A DNA stretch of 64,000 nucleotides from Chloroflexota bacterium (GTDB taxonomy: Bacteria > Chloroflexota > UBA11872): the NCBI GenBank assembly GCA_028873795.1, contig JAPPNP010000022.1:29462-93461 (forward strand), written 5' to 3'. Every line of letters starts with the position of its first letter. Position 1 is the stretch's first letter. The notes beneath the pieces were generated by a model that searched no databases, had not been told where the DNA came from, and saw only the letters and a program-made list of their open reading frames with translations. Position numbers and translations under genes: made by a program. Shown piece after piece: positions 9,655-23,949 of the stretch.

Positions 9655-9686
9655 CAACAAAAAAGCAGAGGCGGTGACCTCTGCTG
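9655..9686 (-). terminator. intrinsic terminator on the minus strand, ~40 nt upstream of the DAHP synthase start
   Basis: The minus strand reads GCAGAGG-TCACCG-CCTCTGC followed by TTTTTTGTTG: a perfect 7-bp GC-rich stem, 6-nt loop and U6 tract. There is no U tract on the plus strand. Confidence 0.55.
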
Positions 9687-9710
9687 CCGGCGCGTTCTCG
9701 ATCGGGGGAG

Positions 9711-9788
9711 CTACATGACGTGCGCACCCAGCCGCGCCGGCCGCGTAAACGCGAACGTATACCGCTCGACCCGACTGAAGCTTGGCAT
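9711..9788 (-). CDS. candidate leader peptide (25 aa, MPSFSRVERYTFAFTRPARLGAHVM)
   Basis: A small ORF ending 27 nt before the terminator. It contains F, Y, F, F, and YTFAFTRP is reminiscent of the E. coli pheA leader FAFFFTFP. It is the tail of the 9711..9962 track ORF. Speculative. Confidence 0.25.
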   Translation of the reverse strand: MPSFSRVERYTFAFTRPARLGAHVM

Positions 9789-9995
9789 TGGCGAACCCAC
9801 GCCGTCCCCGTGCCCCGCGAGTGTGCGCGCGAAACGTCGATTCGTCAACGGACAATCACAATAATCACGATCGGTCGGGCTCACGGCGCCCCGGGGCGCT
9901 CGATCGAGCGGCAGGGGCCGACACGCAGGACGATAGCCCGCGGCAACGCGTGGACGCCTCATGCGTATATCCTTGATTGCTTTGGCTGGCCCTGG

Positions 9996-11447
9996 GTGAA
10001 TGGCGTAGTCCTGAACGGCGAAGGGCGACGGCCGGCCTCCGAGGCCGAGCTGGTGGCGGCGTGGTTGCGGCAGGCGACGCGGCGCGGGCCGTGGCGCGAC
10101 AACGCCGGCCGGAGCGTCGCCGTCATCTATCCGGGGCGCTGGACCGGCCTGCCGGGCCCGGATTTACGCGACGCCATCGTGAGCATCGACGGCGGGCCGG
10201 CGCGGCGTCTCGATCTCGAGGTGCACCTCGACGCCGCCGATTGGCGGCGCCACGGCCACCACCGCGACCCGGCCTATGCCGGCGTCGGCCTGCATCTGGT
10301 TTGGGAAGCGGACGCCCGCGGACCCCATTCCGGGCCGCCTCAGCTTGCGCTGGCTCAGGCGCTTGCCGCGTCCGTCGCTCCGCTGGTCGCCGGTGCGTTG
10401 CCGGACAGCGCCCTGCTGCCCTGCGCGCGGCCCACTCCGCTCGATGCGGAGACCCGCCGTGTGATCGTGCAGGCCATCGAGGATCAGGGCCGGCTGCGCC
10501 ACGCCGAGCAGGCGGCGGTGATGGAAGGCCAGATCGCCGCGCTGGGGCCGGATCAGGCCCTGCACCAGGCCATCTTGCGCGCGCTCGGGTATCGGCCGAA
10601 CGCCGCGGCCTTCGAGGCCCTGGGCGGCTGGGTCACGAGCGCCCTGAGCGAGGCGCTGGCGAGCAACGGCGAGGTCGCCGGTGTCGGCGCGCTCGAGGCC
10701 GTGCTCATGGGCGCCGCCGGGTTGCTGCCGATGCAGCGCCCCGGGGCGCCGGCCGACGGCTACGCGCGCACGCTGCAGCGCATCTGGCAGTCCTATGGGA
10801 GCCTGGCCGGCCTGCGGGCGGCCGACTGGACGCTGCAGTCGGTGCGTCCGGCCAACCGGCCCACGCGGCGCATCGCCGCGGCGGCGCGGCTGCTGTCGCG
10901 CGCGCCGCATCCGGGATCGACCCTGGCGGAGACCGTGCTGGCGGAGGTGCGCCGGGCAGCCGCCGCATCGGACCCGCGCCGGCTCCAGGCCCGGTTTCAG
11001 GTGGCGGAGGTGCCGGACGCCTACTGGGCCCGGCACTACGACTTCGGGCGAGCCACGCGGCGCCCGGCCCCCACACTCGTCGGCGCCGATCGGGCGCGCG
11101 AAATCCTGGTCAACGCCGTGCTTCCCTTTGCCGCGGCCATGGGACATGTCCGGGGACAATCCGACCTGCCGCGGGCGAGTGCCGCGGTCCTCGCCGCGCT
11201 GCCGGGCGGCATGTGGAATCACGACTCGCGCTACATGGCGCAGACGCTGGGGATCGAGCGCCGCGGCCTGGGCGGGGCGAAAGCGCAGCAGGGGCTCTTG
11301 CGGCTCCACCGCCGCTGGTGCCGCGACAAGCGCTGCGCCGCGTGCCCCATGGCCCGGTGCGCCGGGGCGCTCGATGCGGATAGGGCCGCCGTGTCCGAGG
11401 CTGAGCGTGCGGGAGCTACCGCGTTGCACCAGGCGGGGGTGGCCTAG
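9996..11447 (+). CDS. hypothetical protein with C-terminal Cys cluster (possibly DUF2851-like)
   Basis: Long ORF with protein-like composition and a C-terminal WCRDKRCAACPMARC motif. The ORF-track start at 9720 would run through the aro leader/terminator region, so I moved the start to an in-frame GTG at 9996. Both the start and the family assignment are uncertain. Confidence 0.55.
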   Translation: MNGVVLNGEGRRPASEAELVAAWLRQATRRGPWRDNAGRSVAVIYPGRWTGLPGPDLRDAIVSIDGGPARRLDLEVHLDAADWRRHGHHRDPAYAGVGLHLVWEADARGPHSGPPQLALAQALAASVAPLVAGALPDSALLPCARPTPLDAETRRVIVQAIEDQGRLRHAEQAAVMEGQIAALGPDQALHQAILRALGYRPNAAAFEALGGWVTSALSEALASNGEVAGVGALEAVLMGAAGLLPMQRPGAPADGYARTLQRIWQSYGSLAGLRAADWTLQSVRPANRPTRRIAAAARLLSRAPHPGSTLAETVLAEVRRAAAASDPRRLQARFQVAEVPDAYWARHYDFGRATRRPAPTLVGADRAREILVNAVLPFAAAMGHVRGQSDLPRASAAVLAALPGGMWNHDSRYMAQTLGIERRGLGGAKAQQGLLRLHRRWCRDKRCAACPMARCAGALDADRAAVSEAERAGATALHQAGVA

Positions 11448-11458
11448 GGTCGTGCGAC

Positions 11459-11481
11459 GGGTGGAGCGATCGCTCCGCCCC
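11459..11481. terminator. palindromic hairpin between convergent genes
   Basis: GGGtGGAGC-gatc-GCTCCgCCCC lies between the DUF2851-like stop and the SBP stop. No clear U tract. Confidence 0.3.
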
Positions 11482-11503
11482 GTGCCGCGAGCCGACGGCC
11501 GCG

Positions 11504-12862
11504 CTAGCCGGTGGTGTCCAAGGCCAGCTGACGCGCGACGTCCTCGGCCGCGGCCAACGCCCCCTCGGCGGACTGCCGGCCGAAGATGGCGGCTTGCACC
11601 TGCGCTTGCAGCGCGTGCTCCCAGGTCAGAAACCAGCGTTCCCACACGCGCTCCACCGGGCGGGCGGCGGCGAGAATCGACATCAGGGCGCTTGGGTCGA
11701 CCCAGGCGGCCAGGTCTGCGGTGATCTCCGGCCGCTCGAGGACCGGGCGGTAGGCGGGGATCAATCCCTCCTGCCGCAGCCAGAAGGCCGCCGAGGCATA
11801 GTCGCCGCCGGGGCCCGGCCCGCCGAGGTAGCTCACCAGGTCCACGGCGTCCGTCGGCCGGGGCGCGTTGGCGGCCACCGCGTAGAGGGGCGTCCAGGCG
11901 ACGGTGCCCAGCGGCGCGGCGATCCCCGGAATCGGCGCCACGCCGAAGGCGCCGGGCAAGGCCTGATTGAGCCGGCGCAGCACGTGGGCGCCGACGACGC
12001 TGAAGATGTGCTGCTCGCGGGCCAGCGCGTCGTAGGTCGCCGAGCTGAAGTCCGGATCGACCACGTTCGACATCGCGGTGGCGTCGCGCAGCCACTCCAG
12101 CACCGCCACCGCGGCGGGATCCGGGCCGTCCGGTGCCGCCAAGCGCCCGCCCGACGCGTACACCAGTCCCCACCAGGGAAGGTTGGTGAACACTTTGGGC
12201 GCGAGGTTCAGCGAGATGCCGAACTCGCAGATCTGCCGCCGCGCCGCGTTGCGGCAAAGGTCGGTGAGCGCCTCCAGCGTGGCGGGCGGCGGCGCGCCCA
12301 CGCGCTCCAGCAGCTGCCGGTTGTAGGCCAGCAGCATCACGTCGGCGTAGTACGGCAGGCCGACCACCTGCCCGCCGAGCGTCACGGCCTGGCGAGCATG
12401 GGGCCACATCGCATCCAGCACCACGCGCCAGGTGTCCTCGGCGCCCATGGTTTGCAGGGCGCGTCCCGACCACCAGGCGCCGACCAGGCCGTCGCGCGCC
12501 TGGACCACGTCGACCGACGGCTGGCGGGTCAGCGCTTCGAGGGCCCTGGCCGGGTAGTCCTGCTGGGCCTGCTCGTGCAGCACGCGAAGGTCGCCGCGGT
12601 ATCGTTCGAAGTCGTCCAGCCGCTGCCGCACCAGATCGGGTCGAAACGGCCAGCCCAACAGGCGCAGCTGCGCGGGGGCCGGTGGAGCGCTGGGGGGCGC
12701 GGTTGGCATGGCGGTGGGGATGGCGGCTGGCGCCGGGGTCGCGACCGGCGCCGAGTCGCCGCAGGCCGCGAGCGTGAGGGCCGCTCCCAGGCCCATCCCC
12801 AAGAAATGACGGCGGGAGAAATGGCCGCGCCCGCGCCGGGTCGGGCGTTGGACGTTCCGCAT
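11504..12862 (-). CDS. ABC transporter substrate-binding protein (family 1, sugar-type), Tat-lipoprotein
   Basis: 452 aa from MRNVQRPTRRGRGHFSRRHFLGMGLGAALTLAACG, which carries a twin-arginine motif and a lipobox. Periplasmic-binding-protein-like region follows. No permease or ATPase genes are adjacent. Confidence 0.8.
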   Translation of the reverse strand: MRNVQRPTRRGRGHFSRRHFLGMGLGAALTLAACGDSAPVATPAPAAIPTAMPTAPPSAPPAPAQLRLLGWPFRPDLVRQRLDDFERYRGDLRVLHEQAQQDYPARALEALTRQPSVDVVQARDGLVGAWWSGRALQTMGAEDTWRVVLDAMWPHARQAVTLGGQVVGLPYYADVMLLAYNRQLLERVGAPPPATLEALTDLCRNAARRQICEFGISLNLAPKVFTNLPWWGLVYASGGRLAAPDGPDPAAVAVLEWLRDATAMSNVVDPDFSSATYDALAREQHIFSVVGAHVLRRLNQALPGAFGVAPIPGIAAPLGTVAWTPLYAVAANAPRPTDAVDLVSYLGGPGPGGDYASAAFWLRQEGLIPAYRPVLERPEITADLAAWVDPSALMSILAAARPVERVWERWFLTWEHALQAQVQAAIFGRQSAEGALAAAEDVARQLALDTTG

Positions 12863-12955
12863 ATCGTGGGAGTGTAGCCCGGCACGGGCGCTGGGCCGCT
12901 GGCTGGCGCGCGACCGACCGACCGCGACAAAACATACAATGCAAGACTGAGAATT

Positions 12956-12985
12956 CTTGACACGACCAGACTCAATGTTTAGCAT
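12956..12985 (+). promoter_or_regulatory. sigma70-type promoter overlapped by an HspR-associated inverted repeat (HAIR)
   Basis: CTTGACA-cgaccag-ACTCAAT matches the HAIR consensus CTTGAGT-N7-ACTCAAG at 11 of 14 positions. The embedded TTGACA (12957-12962) serves as -35, with a 17-nt spacer to TAGCAT as -10 (12980-12985). This sits ~30 nt upstream of lon, and hspR is encoded in the same operon. Confidence 0.55.
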
Positions 12986-13017
12986 TGGCCCTGAGCGATC
13001 GAAGCTTGGAGTGATGC

Positions 13018-15426
<2,409 letters not shown>

Positions 15427-15438
15427 GAGGCAGAGCGA

Positions 15439-17376
15439 ATGGCGACCAAGATCATCGGTATCGACCTCGGCACGACGAACTCCGTCGTAGCCGTCATGGA
15501 GGGCGGCGCGCCGACCGTCGTAACCAACAGCGAGGGCTCGCGCATCACGCCCAGCGTGGTGGCCTTCGCCAAGGACGGCCAGCGGCTGGTCGGCCAGCTG
15601 GCGCGACGCCAGGCCGTGATGAACCCCGAGAACACGATCTACTCCGCCAAACGCTTCATCGGCCGCCGGCTGGACGAGGTTGGCGACGAGCGCAGCGCGG
15701 TGACATTCGACGTGGTGCAGGGCAAGGCGGGCGAAGCACTCATCAAGATCCCCGAGCGCGGGCAGGAGATCACGCCGGAAGAGATCGCCTCGATGGTGCT
15801 GCAAAAGCTCAAGCAGGAGGCCGAGCGCTACCTGGGCGAATCGGTCACCGACGCCGTGATCACCACGCCGGCCTATTTCAACGACTCGCAGCGGCAGGCC
15901 ACCCGCAACGCCGGCGAGGTGGCCGGTCTCAACGTCCGGCGCATCATCAACGAGCCAACCGCGGCGGCCCTGGCCTACGGCCTGGACAAGAAGGGCGCCG
16001 AGACGATCTTGGTGTGGGACCTGGGCGGCGGCACCTTTGACGTGTCGATCCTCGAGGCCGGCGACGGCGTGTTCGAGGTCAAGGCGACCAGCGGCGATAC
16101 GCACCTGGGCGGCGACGACTACGACCGTCGCATCGTCGACCACGTGGCCGATGACTTCCAGCGCGAGCAGGGCATCGACCTGCGGCAGGACGCGCAGTCG
16201 CTCCAGCGCCTCGTCGAGGCCGCGGAGAAGGCCAAGCAGGAGCTGTCGACCGTGCCGCAGACGCAGATCAGCCTGCCGTTCATCACCGCCGACCAGCACG
16301 GCCCGAAGCATTTGGATCACACGCTGACCCGGGCCCAATTCGAGGACCTCACCGCCGACCTGACGGCGCGCTGCGTGCCGCCGTTCAAGCAGGCGCTGCG
16401 GGACGCCGGCATCGAGGCCAGCGCCATCGACGAAGTGGTGCTGGTCGGCGGCGCCACGCGCATGCCGGCGATCGTGGACCTGGTCACGCGCCTGAGCGGC
16501 AAGGAGCCCGACCAGAGCGTCAATCCCGACGAAGTGGTCGCGGTTGGCGCGGCCATTCAGGGCGGCGTCCTGGCCGGCGAGGTGGACGACGTGGTGCTGC
16601 TGGACGTGACGCCGCTGTCGCTGGGCGTCGAGACCCTCGGCGGCGTCATGACGAGCTTGATCGAGCGCAACACGACCATTCCCACCAGCAAGTCGGAGAT
16701 CTTTTCCACCGCGGAAGACGGCCAGACCGCCGTCGACATTCACGTGCTGCAGGGCGAGCGCCCGATGGCGCGGGACAACACCACGCTCGGTCGATTCCGC
16801 CTGGAGGGCATTCCGGCGGCGCCGCGCGGCGTGCCGCAGGTTGAGGTGACCTTCGATCTCGACGCCAACGGCATCGTCAACGTGTCGGCCAAGGACCTGG
16901 CCACCGGCAAGGAGCAGCGGATCACCATATCGGCGAGCACCAACCTCTCCCGCGAGCAGGTTGACGCGCTGGTCCAGGAAGCCGAGGAGAACGCCGCGTC
17001 GGACCGCGAGGCCCTGGAGGCGATCGAGACGCGCAATGCCGCCGACAGCCTGGCCTATCAGACCGAACGGCTGATCAAGGACAACGGCGACAAGCTCAAC
17101 GCGGACGACAGCGCCGCGGCCGAGCAGGCCATCGAGGAGGTGCGCGAGGCGCTGAAGGGCGAGGACCTGGACAAGATCCGCAGCACGGTGGCGGTGCTGC
17201 AAACGGCTTCGCAGAAGCTCGGCGAGCAGCTCTACGCCGCGCAGCAGGCCCAGGCCCAGGGCGACGGCGCGCCGCCGGAGGAGCCGCAACCATCGTCGGA
17301 CGCCGACGACGTGGTCGACGCGGAGTTCAAGACGAGTGACGCGGACGCCGAGACCCAGCCGGCCGACGAGAAATAG
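15439..17376 (+). CDS. dnaK: molecular chaperone DnaK (Hsp70)
   Basis: 645 aa. [26 protein letters not shown] and [12 protein letters not shown] are canonical Hsp70 signatures. An AGGAGG RBS lies 8 nt upstream, and the gene starts 12 nt after the lon stop. Confidence 0.97.
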   Translation: MATKIIGIDLGTTNSVVAVMEGGAPTVVTNSEGSRITPSVVAFAKDGQRLVGQLARRQAVMNPENTIYSAKRFIGRRLDEVGDERSAVTFDVVQGKAGEALIKIPERGQEITPEEIASMVLQKLKQEAERYLGESVTDAVITTPAYFNDSQRQATRNAGEVAGLNVRRIINEPTAAALAYGLDKKGAETILVWDLGGGTFDVSILEAGDGVFEVKATSGDTHLGGDDYDRRIVDHVADDFQREQGIDLRQDAQSLQRLVEAAEKAKQELSTVPQTQISLPFITADQHGPKHLDHTLTRAQFEDLTADLTARCVPPFKQALRDAGIEASAIDEVVLVGGATRMPAIVDLVTRLSGKEPDQSVNPDEVVAVGAAIQGGVLAGEVDDVVLLDVTPLSLGVETLGGVMTSLIERNTTIPTSKSEIFSTAEDGQTAVDIHVLQGERPMARDNTTLGRFRLEGIPAAPRGVPQVEVTFDLDANGIVNVSAKDLATGKEQRITISASTNLSREQVDALVQEAEENAASDREALEAIETRNAADSLAYQTERLIKDNGDKLNADDSAAAEQAIEEVREALKGEDLDKIRSTVAVLQTASQKLGEQLYAAQQAQAQGDGAPPEEPQPSSDADDVVDAEFKTSDADAETQPADEK

Positions 17377-17379
17377 CCC

Positions 17380-17904
17380 ATGTGCGCCACCGAACCCCGT
17401 GAGTCCACGTCCCGCGTGAGCGACGACGCGATGGCCGAGCCACTCGAGCCGGAGGAGGAAATCGCCGCGCTCCGCGCGCAGGTCGAGGCCCTCAACGGCC
17501 AGCTGCTACGCGTCCGCGCCGATACCGACAACTACCGCAAGCGCCTGGAGCGGACCACCGAGGAGCTGGTGCGCGACGCCAAGCGCCGGCTGTTCATGGA
17601 GCTCCTGAGTCTCGCCGACGACCTCGAGCGGGCGCTGGCGGCGCCGCTGGGCGACGGCGCGGCGCTGGCGGAGGGCGTGGACCTGACGCTCACGCGGCTG
17701 CGCGATGCGCTGGCTGCCCACGGCGTACGCCGCATGGACGCCGGCGGCGCCTTCGACCCGAATCTGCACGAGGCCATGGCGACCGTGGAGTCGGGGGACG
17801 TCCCCGACGGCCACATCGTCGACGAGGTCGGCCCCGGCTACCTCTGGGGCGACATTGTGCTGCGCGCCGCCCGCGTGCGCGTGGCGGTGGCGCCGGCGGA
17901 GTAG
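17380..17904 (+). CDS. grpE: nucleotide exchange factor GrpE
   Basis: Coiled-coil N-terminus followed by [37 protein letters not shown] and the C-terminal beta domain. The start may instead be the MAEPLE at 17428. Confidence 0.9.
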   Translation: MCATEPRESTSRVSDDAMAEPLEPEEEIAALRAQVEALNGQLLRVRADTDNYRKRLERTTEELVRDAKRRLFMELLSLADDLERALAAPLGDGAALAEGVDLTLTRLRDALAAHGVRRMDAGGAFDPNLHEAMATVESGDVPDGHIVDEVGPGYLWGDIVLRAARVRVAVAPAE

Positions 17905-17911
17905 CATCGCC

Positions 17912-18838
17912 GTGGAATTCCGGGACTATTACAAGACGCTGGGCGTCACCCGACAGGCTAACGACGAGGAGCTCAAGCGGGCCTATCGCCGCCTCGCGCG
18001 CCGCTTCCATCCCGACGTCAATCCCGGTGACCCGCAGGCCGACGCGCGCTTCAAGGAAATCAACGAGGCCTATCAGGTGCTCAGCGACCCGGACAAGCGC
18101 AAGCGTTACGACCGCTTCGGATCGAACTGGCGCCAGACCGGGTCGTTCGAAGAGGCGTTTCGACGCGCCGGCGCGCCGACCGGCGCCGCGCCCGGCGGCT
18201 TCGGCGGTGCGGGATTCAGCGACTTCTTCGAGTCGCTCTTCGGGAGCATGGGCTTCGGCGGCCAGCGTCCGGGCCCGCCGCCGAGCGCGGACGTCGAGGA
18301 CCGGGTGGACATCACCCTGCGCGAAGTCGCCGAGGGCGGCCGGCGCTCGCTGATGCTGCGCATGCCGCAGGCCGACGGCCACGTGCGCCAGGAGCGCATC
18401 GACGTCACCATCCCCGAGGGCGTGCGCGACGGCCAGCGGCTGCGCGTGACCGGCAAGGGCAGCATCCGGCCGGACGGAACCCGCGGCGACCTGTATCTGC
18501 GCGTGGCGGTGACGCCCGACTCGCGATTCGAGCGCCACGAGGCGGACCTGCATACCACGGCGACGATCGGTCTTTCGGAAGCCATGCTCGGCGCCAACGT
18601 CAACGTCTCTACCCTCGGCGGGAGCACCTTGACGGTGCGAGTGCCGCCCGAGACGCGCGACGGTGCTCGACTGCGGCTGCGTGGCCAGGGGTTGCCGAAG
18701 GCCGGTTCAAACCAGCGCGGCGACATCCTGGTGCGCATTCGCGTGCAGTTTCCCCAGGATCTCTCACATCGCGAGCAAGCGCTGTTCCGCGAGCTCGCCG
18801 AGCTGCGCGGCGAACAGCCGTTGCCCCAACGAAGCTAA
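17912..18838 (+). CDS. DnaJ-class co-chaperone, type II (J-domain + G/F region + C-terminal domains, no CxxCxGxG zinc finger; CbpA-like)
   Basis: GTG start 8 nt after the grpE stop. J domain DYYKTLGV...HPDVNPGD, a G/F-rich linker, then the substrate-binding domains directly. There are no Cys repeats. Confidence 0.85.
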   Translation: MEFRDYYKTLGVTRQANDEELKRAYRRLARRFHPDVNPGDPQADARFKEINEAYQVLSDPDKRKRYDRFGSNWRQTGSFEEAFRRAGAPTGAAPGGFGGAGFSDFFESLFGSMGFGGQRPGPPPSADVEDRVDITLREVAEGGRRSLMLRMPQADGHVRQERIDVTIPEGVRDGQRLRVTGKGSIRPDGTRGDLYLRVAVTPDSRFERHEADLHTTATIGLSEAMLGANVNVSTLGGSTLTVRVPPETRDGARLRLRGQGLPKAGSNQRGDILVRIRVQFPQDLSHREQALFRELAELRGEQPLPQRS

Positions 18839-19249
18839 ATGCGCTCCCCCGACGACTTCGACGACGTCACCGGCCAGGACACCGGCATGCGCGAGCGGCC
18901 CGCGGTCTTCATCGGCGTGGTGGCCGAGATCACCCGCGTGCACCCGCAGACGCTGCGGCACTACGAGCGCATCGGGCTGGTCACGCCGGGACGATCCCGC
19001 GGCAACGTGCGCCTCTATTCCCAGGAGGACATCGAGCGCGTGCGGCTGATCCAGCGCCTGACCCATGAGTTGGGCGTGAACCTGGCGGGCGTCGAGGTGA
19101 TTCTCAACATGCGCGAGACCCACGAGCGGCAGCGGCAGGAGTCCGAACGCCGGGAGCAACGCTTGGGCGATCGCCATCAGCTGGAGATCGAGCGCCTGCA
19201 GGCGGAGATCGATCGACTGCGCGCCGCCCTGCGCCGCCTCGTCGGTTAG
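18839..19249 (+). CDS. hspR: MerR-family heat-shock repressor HspR
   Basis: 136 aa. MerR-type HTH ([24 protein letters not shown]) and a C-terminal coiled coil. Its position directly after dnaK-grpE-dnaJ matches the actinobacterial/Deinococcus hspR arrangement. Confidence 0.8.
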   Translation: MRSPDDFDDVTGQDTGMRERPAVFIGVVAEITRVHPQTLRHYERIGLVTPGRSRGNVRLYSQEDIERVRLIQRLTHELGVNLAGVEVILNMRETHERQRQESERREQRLGDRHQLEIERLQAEIDRLRAALRRLVG

Positions 19250-19275
19250 CGGGCGGACAAGGAGCCACGACCACG

Positions 19276-21801
<2,526 letters not shown>

Positions 21802-21829
21802 GAAAGAGCTGAAGGCTGTGGGGGGTACT

Positions 21830-21872
21830 CCAATCCGTTCGTGGTGAGCTTGTCGAACCATGAACGGATTGG
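21830..21872 (+). terminator. 15-bp stem hairpin after clpC
   Basis: CCAATCCGTTCGTGG-[13-nt loop]-CCATGAACGGATTGG, with 2 G.U wobbles in the plus-strand RNA. It starts 29 nt after the clpC stop, and a weak UCUUUU tract lies 17 nt downstream. Confidence 0.4.
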
Positions 21873-22066
21873 GGCGCGGTCTAGGAGTCTTTTCCGAACT
21901 TCCCTAGCAATTGGACACCGGTCGGGGAACGGCCCTCGCGGCCTCCCCAGCACGAGGGCCGCTCGTTGACCGGGATTGGCATTGTTCCGCGCCATGGGGC
22001 CCAAGGCAACGAAATTCCGCGGTTGCGGATGCGCGAGCTGCGGCGCCGGGAGGTGAGCGATGGAGC

Positions 22067-22996
22067 TCACCCAGGAGGAAAGCCGCCGCGCGTCAGCGGA
22101 AATTGGCAGCCCGGCAACCAAATCAGCGGTGAGATATCCGGGAGCTTGCGTTCGACGCGGTCCACGGTTCCGAGCGGTGCGCCCGCCCGGACGCACCCTC
22201 CCGGAAGCCACCAGGTGCCCTCCGTGTCCCAAGACCACAGCATCGTCGTGCCGGCCGCCGAGCTTTGGCGAACGAATGGCGCGGTCAGGAGCGCCATGAA
22301 CGTCAGATGGACTCCGTCCCACTGCGTGGCCACGCTCGTCCAGTCCGGCACCAGCGTCCCGGCTCCCGCGGGGCTCTGAGGGTCCCGATTCGTGCGAGGG
22401 TGAGCGACGCAGAGCGCGTGCCAGTCGGCGGGGCCGACGATCTCGAGCACGCGCGCGGACTCGTCGATCTCGGCCTCGAATCGCGCGTAAGCCGAACTTG
22501 ACACCCAGTCGCCAACACCCCGCGAGATCACGGCGTCGAGGCACGAATACCTTCCACGCTGCGTGGAGGTGATCCGCCATCCCACGGGACGCTCGGCGTA
22601 GTCCTCCCAATTCAAGCTCGACTCGGGTGACGCTGAGCGCGAGGAGACAGTCTTGAATTCGTCGCCGGTCACGAGGACCTGCGGGGTCCTATCGAAAGGA
22701 GCCGTCCACCAGTGGCTGCCTGGATGGGCCGCCACTTCGCGGGCCACGTGCTCCAGGCGTGAGCGCAGCGCGAACGCGGCGCGGACGTCGCGTTCGAACG
22801 ATGGCGACCACGGATTGACGACATCCAGGGCTATCGCGGCGCGCACAAATGCTTGCGCCGGAGTGACCGCGAGATCGACGGGAATCTGATCCCGCTCGAT
22901 CGTCAGCAAGAAACAGCACCCCACGGGGGAGCGCAGGATTCGGTCGGCCCAATGATCAGTCCAAGATTTCATCGACTTTGAGTCTAGGTTGTCCAT
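22067..22996 (-). CDS. hypothetical protein (Trp-rich, no recognisable domain)
   Basis: 309-aa ORF with balanced, protein-like composition (MDNLDSKSMKSWTDHWADRIL...WSWDTEGTWW). The overlapping 21798..22610 ORF is R-rich junk. Confidence 0.45.
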   Translation of the reverse strand: MDNLDSKSMKSWTDHWADRILRSPVGCCFLLTIERDQIPVDLAVTPAQAFVRAAIALDVVNPWSPSFERDVRAAFALRSRLEHVAREVAAHPGSHWWTAPFDRTPQVLVTGDEFKTVSSRSASPESSLNWEDYAERPVGWRITSTQRGRYSCLDAVISRGVGDWVSSSAYARFEAEIDESARVLEIVGPADWHALCVAHPRTNRDPQSPAGAGTLVPDWTSVATQWDGVHLTFMALLTAPFVRQSSAAGTTMLWSWDTEGTWWLPGGCVRAGAPLGTVDRVERKLPDISPLIWLPGCQFPLTRGGFPPG

Positions 22997-23122
22997 GCCG
23001 CCAAACGTGCGCGTATTTCCGGAGTGCCGGACTCTTGCCGCGTCCGCTCGATATCCCGCGGTTGCGGGCGGGGACGCCGTGCCTCACCATTCGCGCACGG
23101 CATCGCCGTGAGAGGTGCGCGA

Positions 23123-23884
23123 ATGGCCCACGTGGCGTTTGAACGGATGACACGCGATGAAATCGGCGCCCTGGCGCCCTCGGCGGTGGCGATCCTGCCC
23201 ACCGCGGCCATCGAGCAGCACGGGCCGCACAACCCCGTGGGCCTCGACACCATGTGCTGCATGGCGGTGGCGCGCGCCGCGGCGGAGGCCGCGGGCCCCG
23301 ATCTCAACGTGGTCGTGTGCCCGCCGCTGCACTTCGGCAGCTCGCTCCATCACCTGCCCTGGCCCGGCGTGCTCACGCTGACCAGTCACACCTTCGGCGT
23401 GGTGGTCTACGAGCTCCTCGACAGCCTGCGCATGATGGGATTCCGCCGGGTGTTCGTGCTCAACGGGCACGGCGGCAACGAGTTTCTGATCCAGCAGACC
23501 GCCCGCGACTTCGTCCTGGACTTTCGCGAGATGCACGTCGTCGCGGGCAGCTACTGGGACGTCGCCCGCGAGGCGCTGGAAGCCGTCCCGCGCGACGGGG
23601 GCTTTTCGATTCCCGGGCACGCGGGGTCGTTCGAAACGTCGTTGATGCTCCATCTCGACCCCGAGTTGGTGCGGACCGAACATATCCCGGTGACCGGCGA
23701 CACGCCGCTGCCGGCCGGCCTCGCCAACGTGACCGAGGCCCGCGACGGCGATTTCCTGGGCGACCGGCCCACGGGCGTGAGTGACGACGCCTCGCACGGC
23801 ACGGCCGAGCTTGGCCGCCAATACCTCAACGCGGCGGCGACCGTGGTGGCGGCGCAGATTCGGGAGATCGCGGCGGCGACGTAG
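23123..23884 (+). CDS. creatininase-family amidohydrolase (creatinine amidohydrolase / MftE / ArfB family)
   Basis: 253 aa from MAHVAFERMTRDE. The LPTAAIEQHGPHNPVGLDT motif and the later HGGN and E residues fit the creatininase fold. The ORF-track N-terminal extension is rejected. Confidence 0.8.
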   Translation: MAHVAFERMTRDEIGALAPSAVAILPTAAIEQHGPHNPVGLDTMCCMAVARAAAEAAGPDLNVVVCPPLHFGSSLHHLPWPGVLTLTSHTFGVVVYELLDSLRMMGFRRVFVLNGHGGNEFLIQQTARDFVLDFREMHVVAGSYWDVAREALEAVPRDGGFSIPGHAGSFETSLMLHLDPELVRTEHIPVTGDTPLPAGLANVTEARDGDFLGDRPTGVSDDASHGTAELGRQYLNAAATVVAAQIREIAAAT

Positions 23885-23911
23885 CACCTGCGAACTTGCT
23901 TAAATAATGAC

Positions 23912-23941
23912 GCTTGCGCACATGCGCAAGTAGTAGTATAA
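23912..23941 (+). promoter_or_regulatory. 8-2-8 inverted repeat operator overlapping a -35/-10 promoter for the TA pair
   Basis: CTTGCGCA-ca-TGCGCAAG (23912-23929). Putative -35 TTGCGC (23913-23918), a 17-nt spacer, and -10 TATAAA (23936-23941) ending 8 nt before the ATG at 23950. This implies a leaderless or near-leaderless mRNA. The region is AT-rich. Confidence 0.45.
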
Positions 23942-23949
23942 AAGCAACT

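Noticed and set aside
9720-9995. Upstream 92 codons of the 575-aa ORF 9720..11447
   Set aside because: This would overlap the aro leader/terminator region and has no Met. The start was moved to the in-frame GTG at 9996.
12978-12990. TTAGCATTG resembling a CIRCE half-site upstream of lon
   Set aside because: The second half (GAGTGCTAA) is absent nine nt downstream. The sequence is better explained as the -10 region of the HAIR-overlapped promoter.
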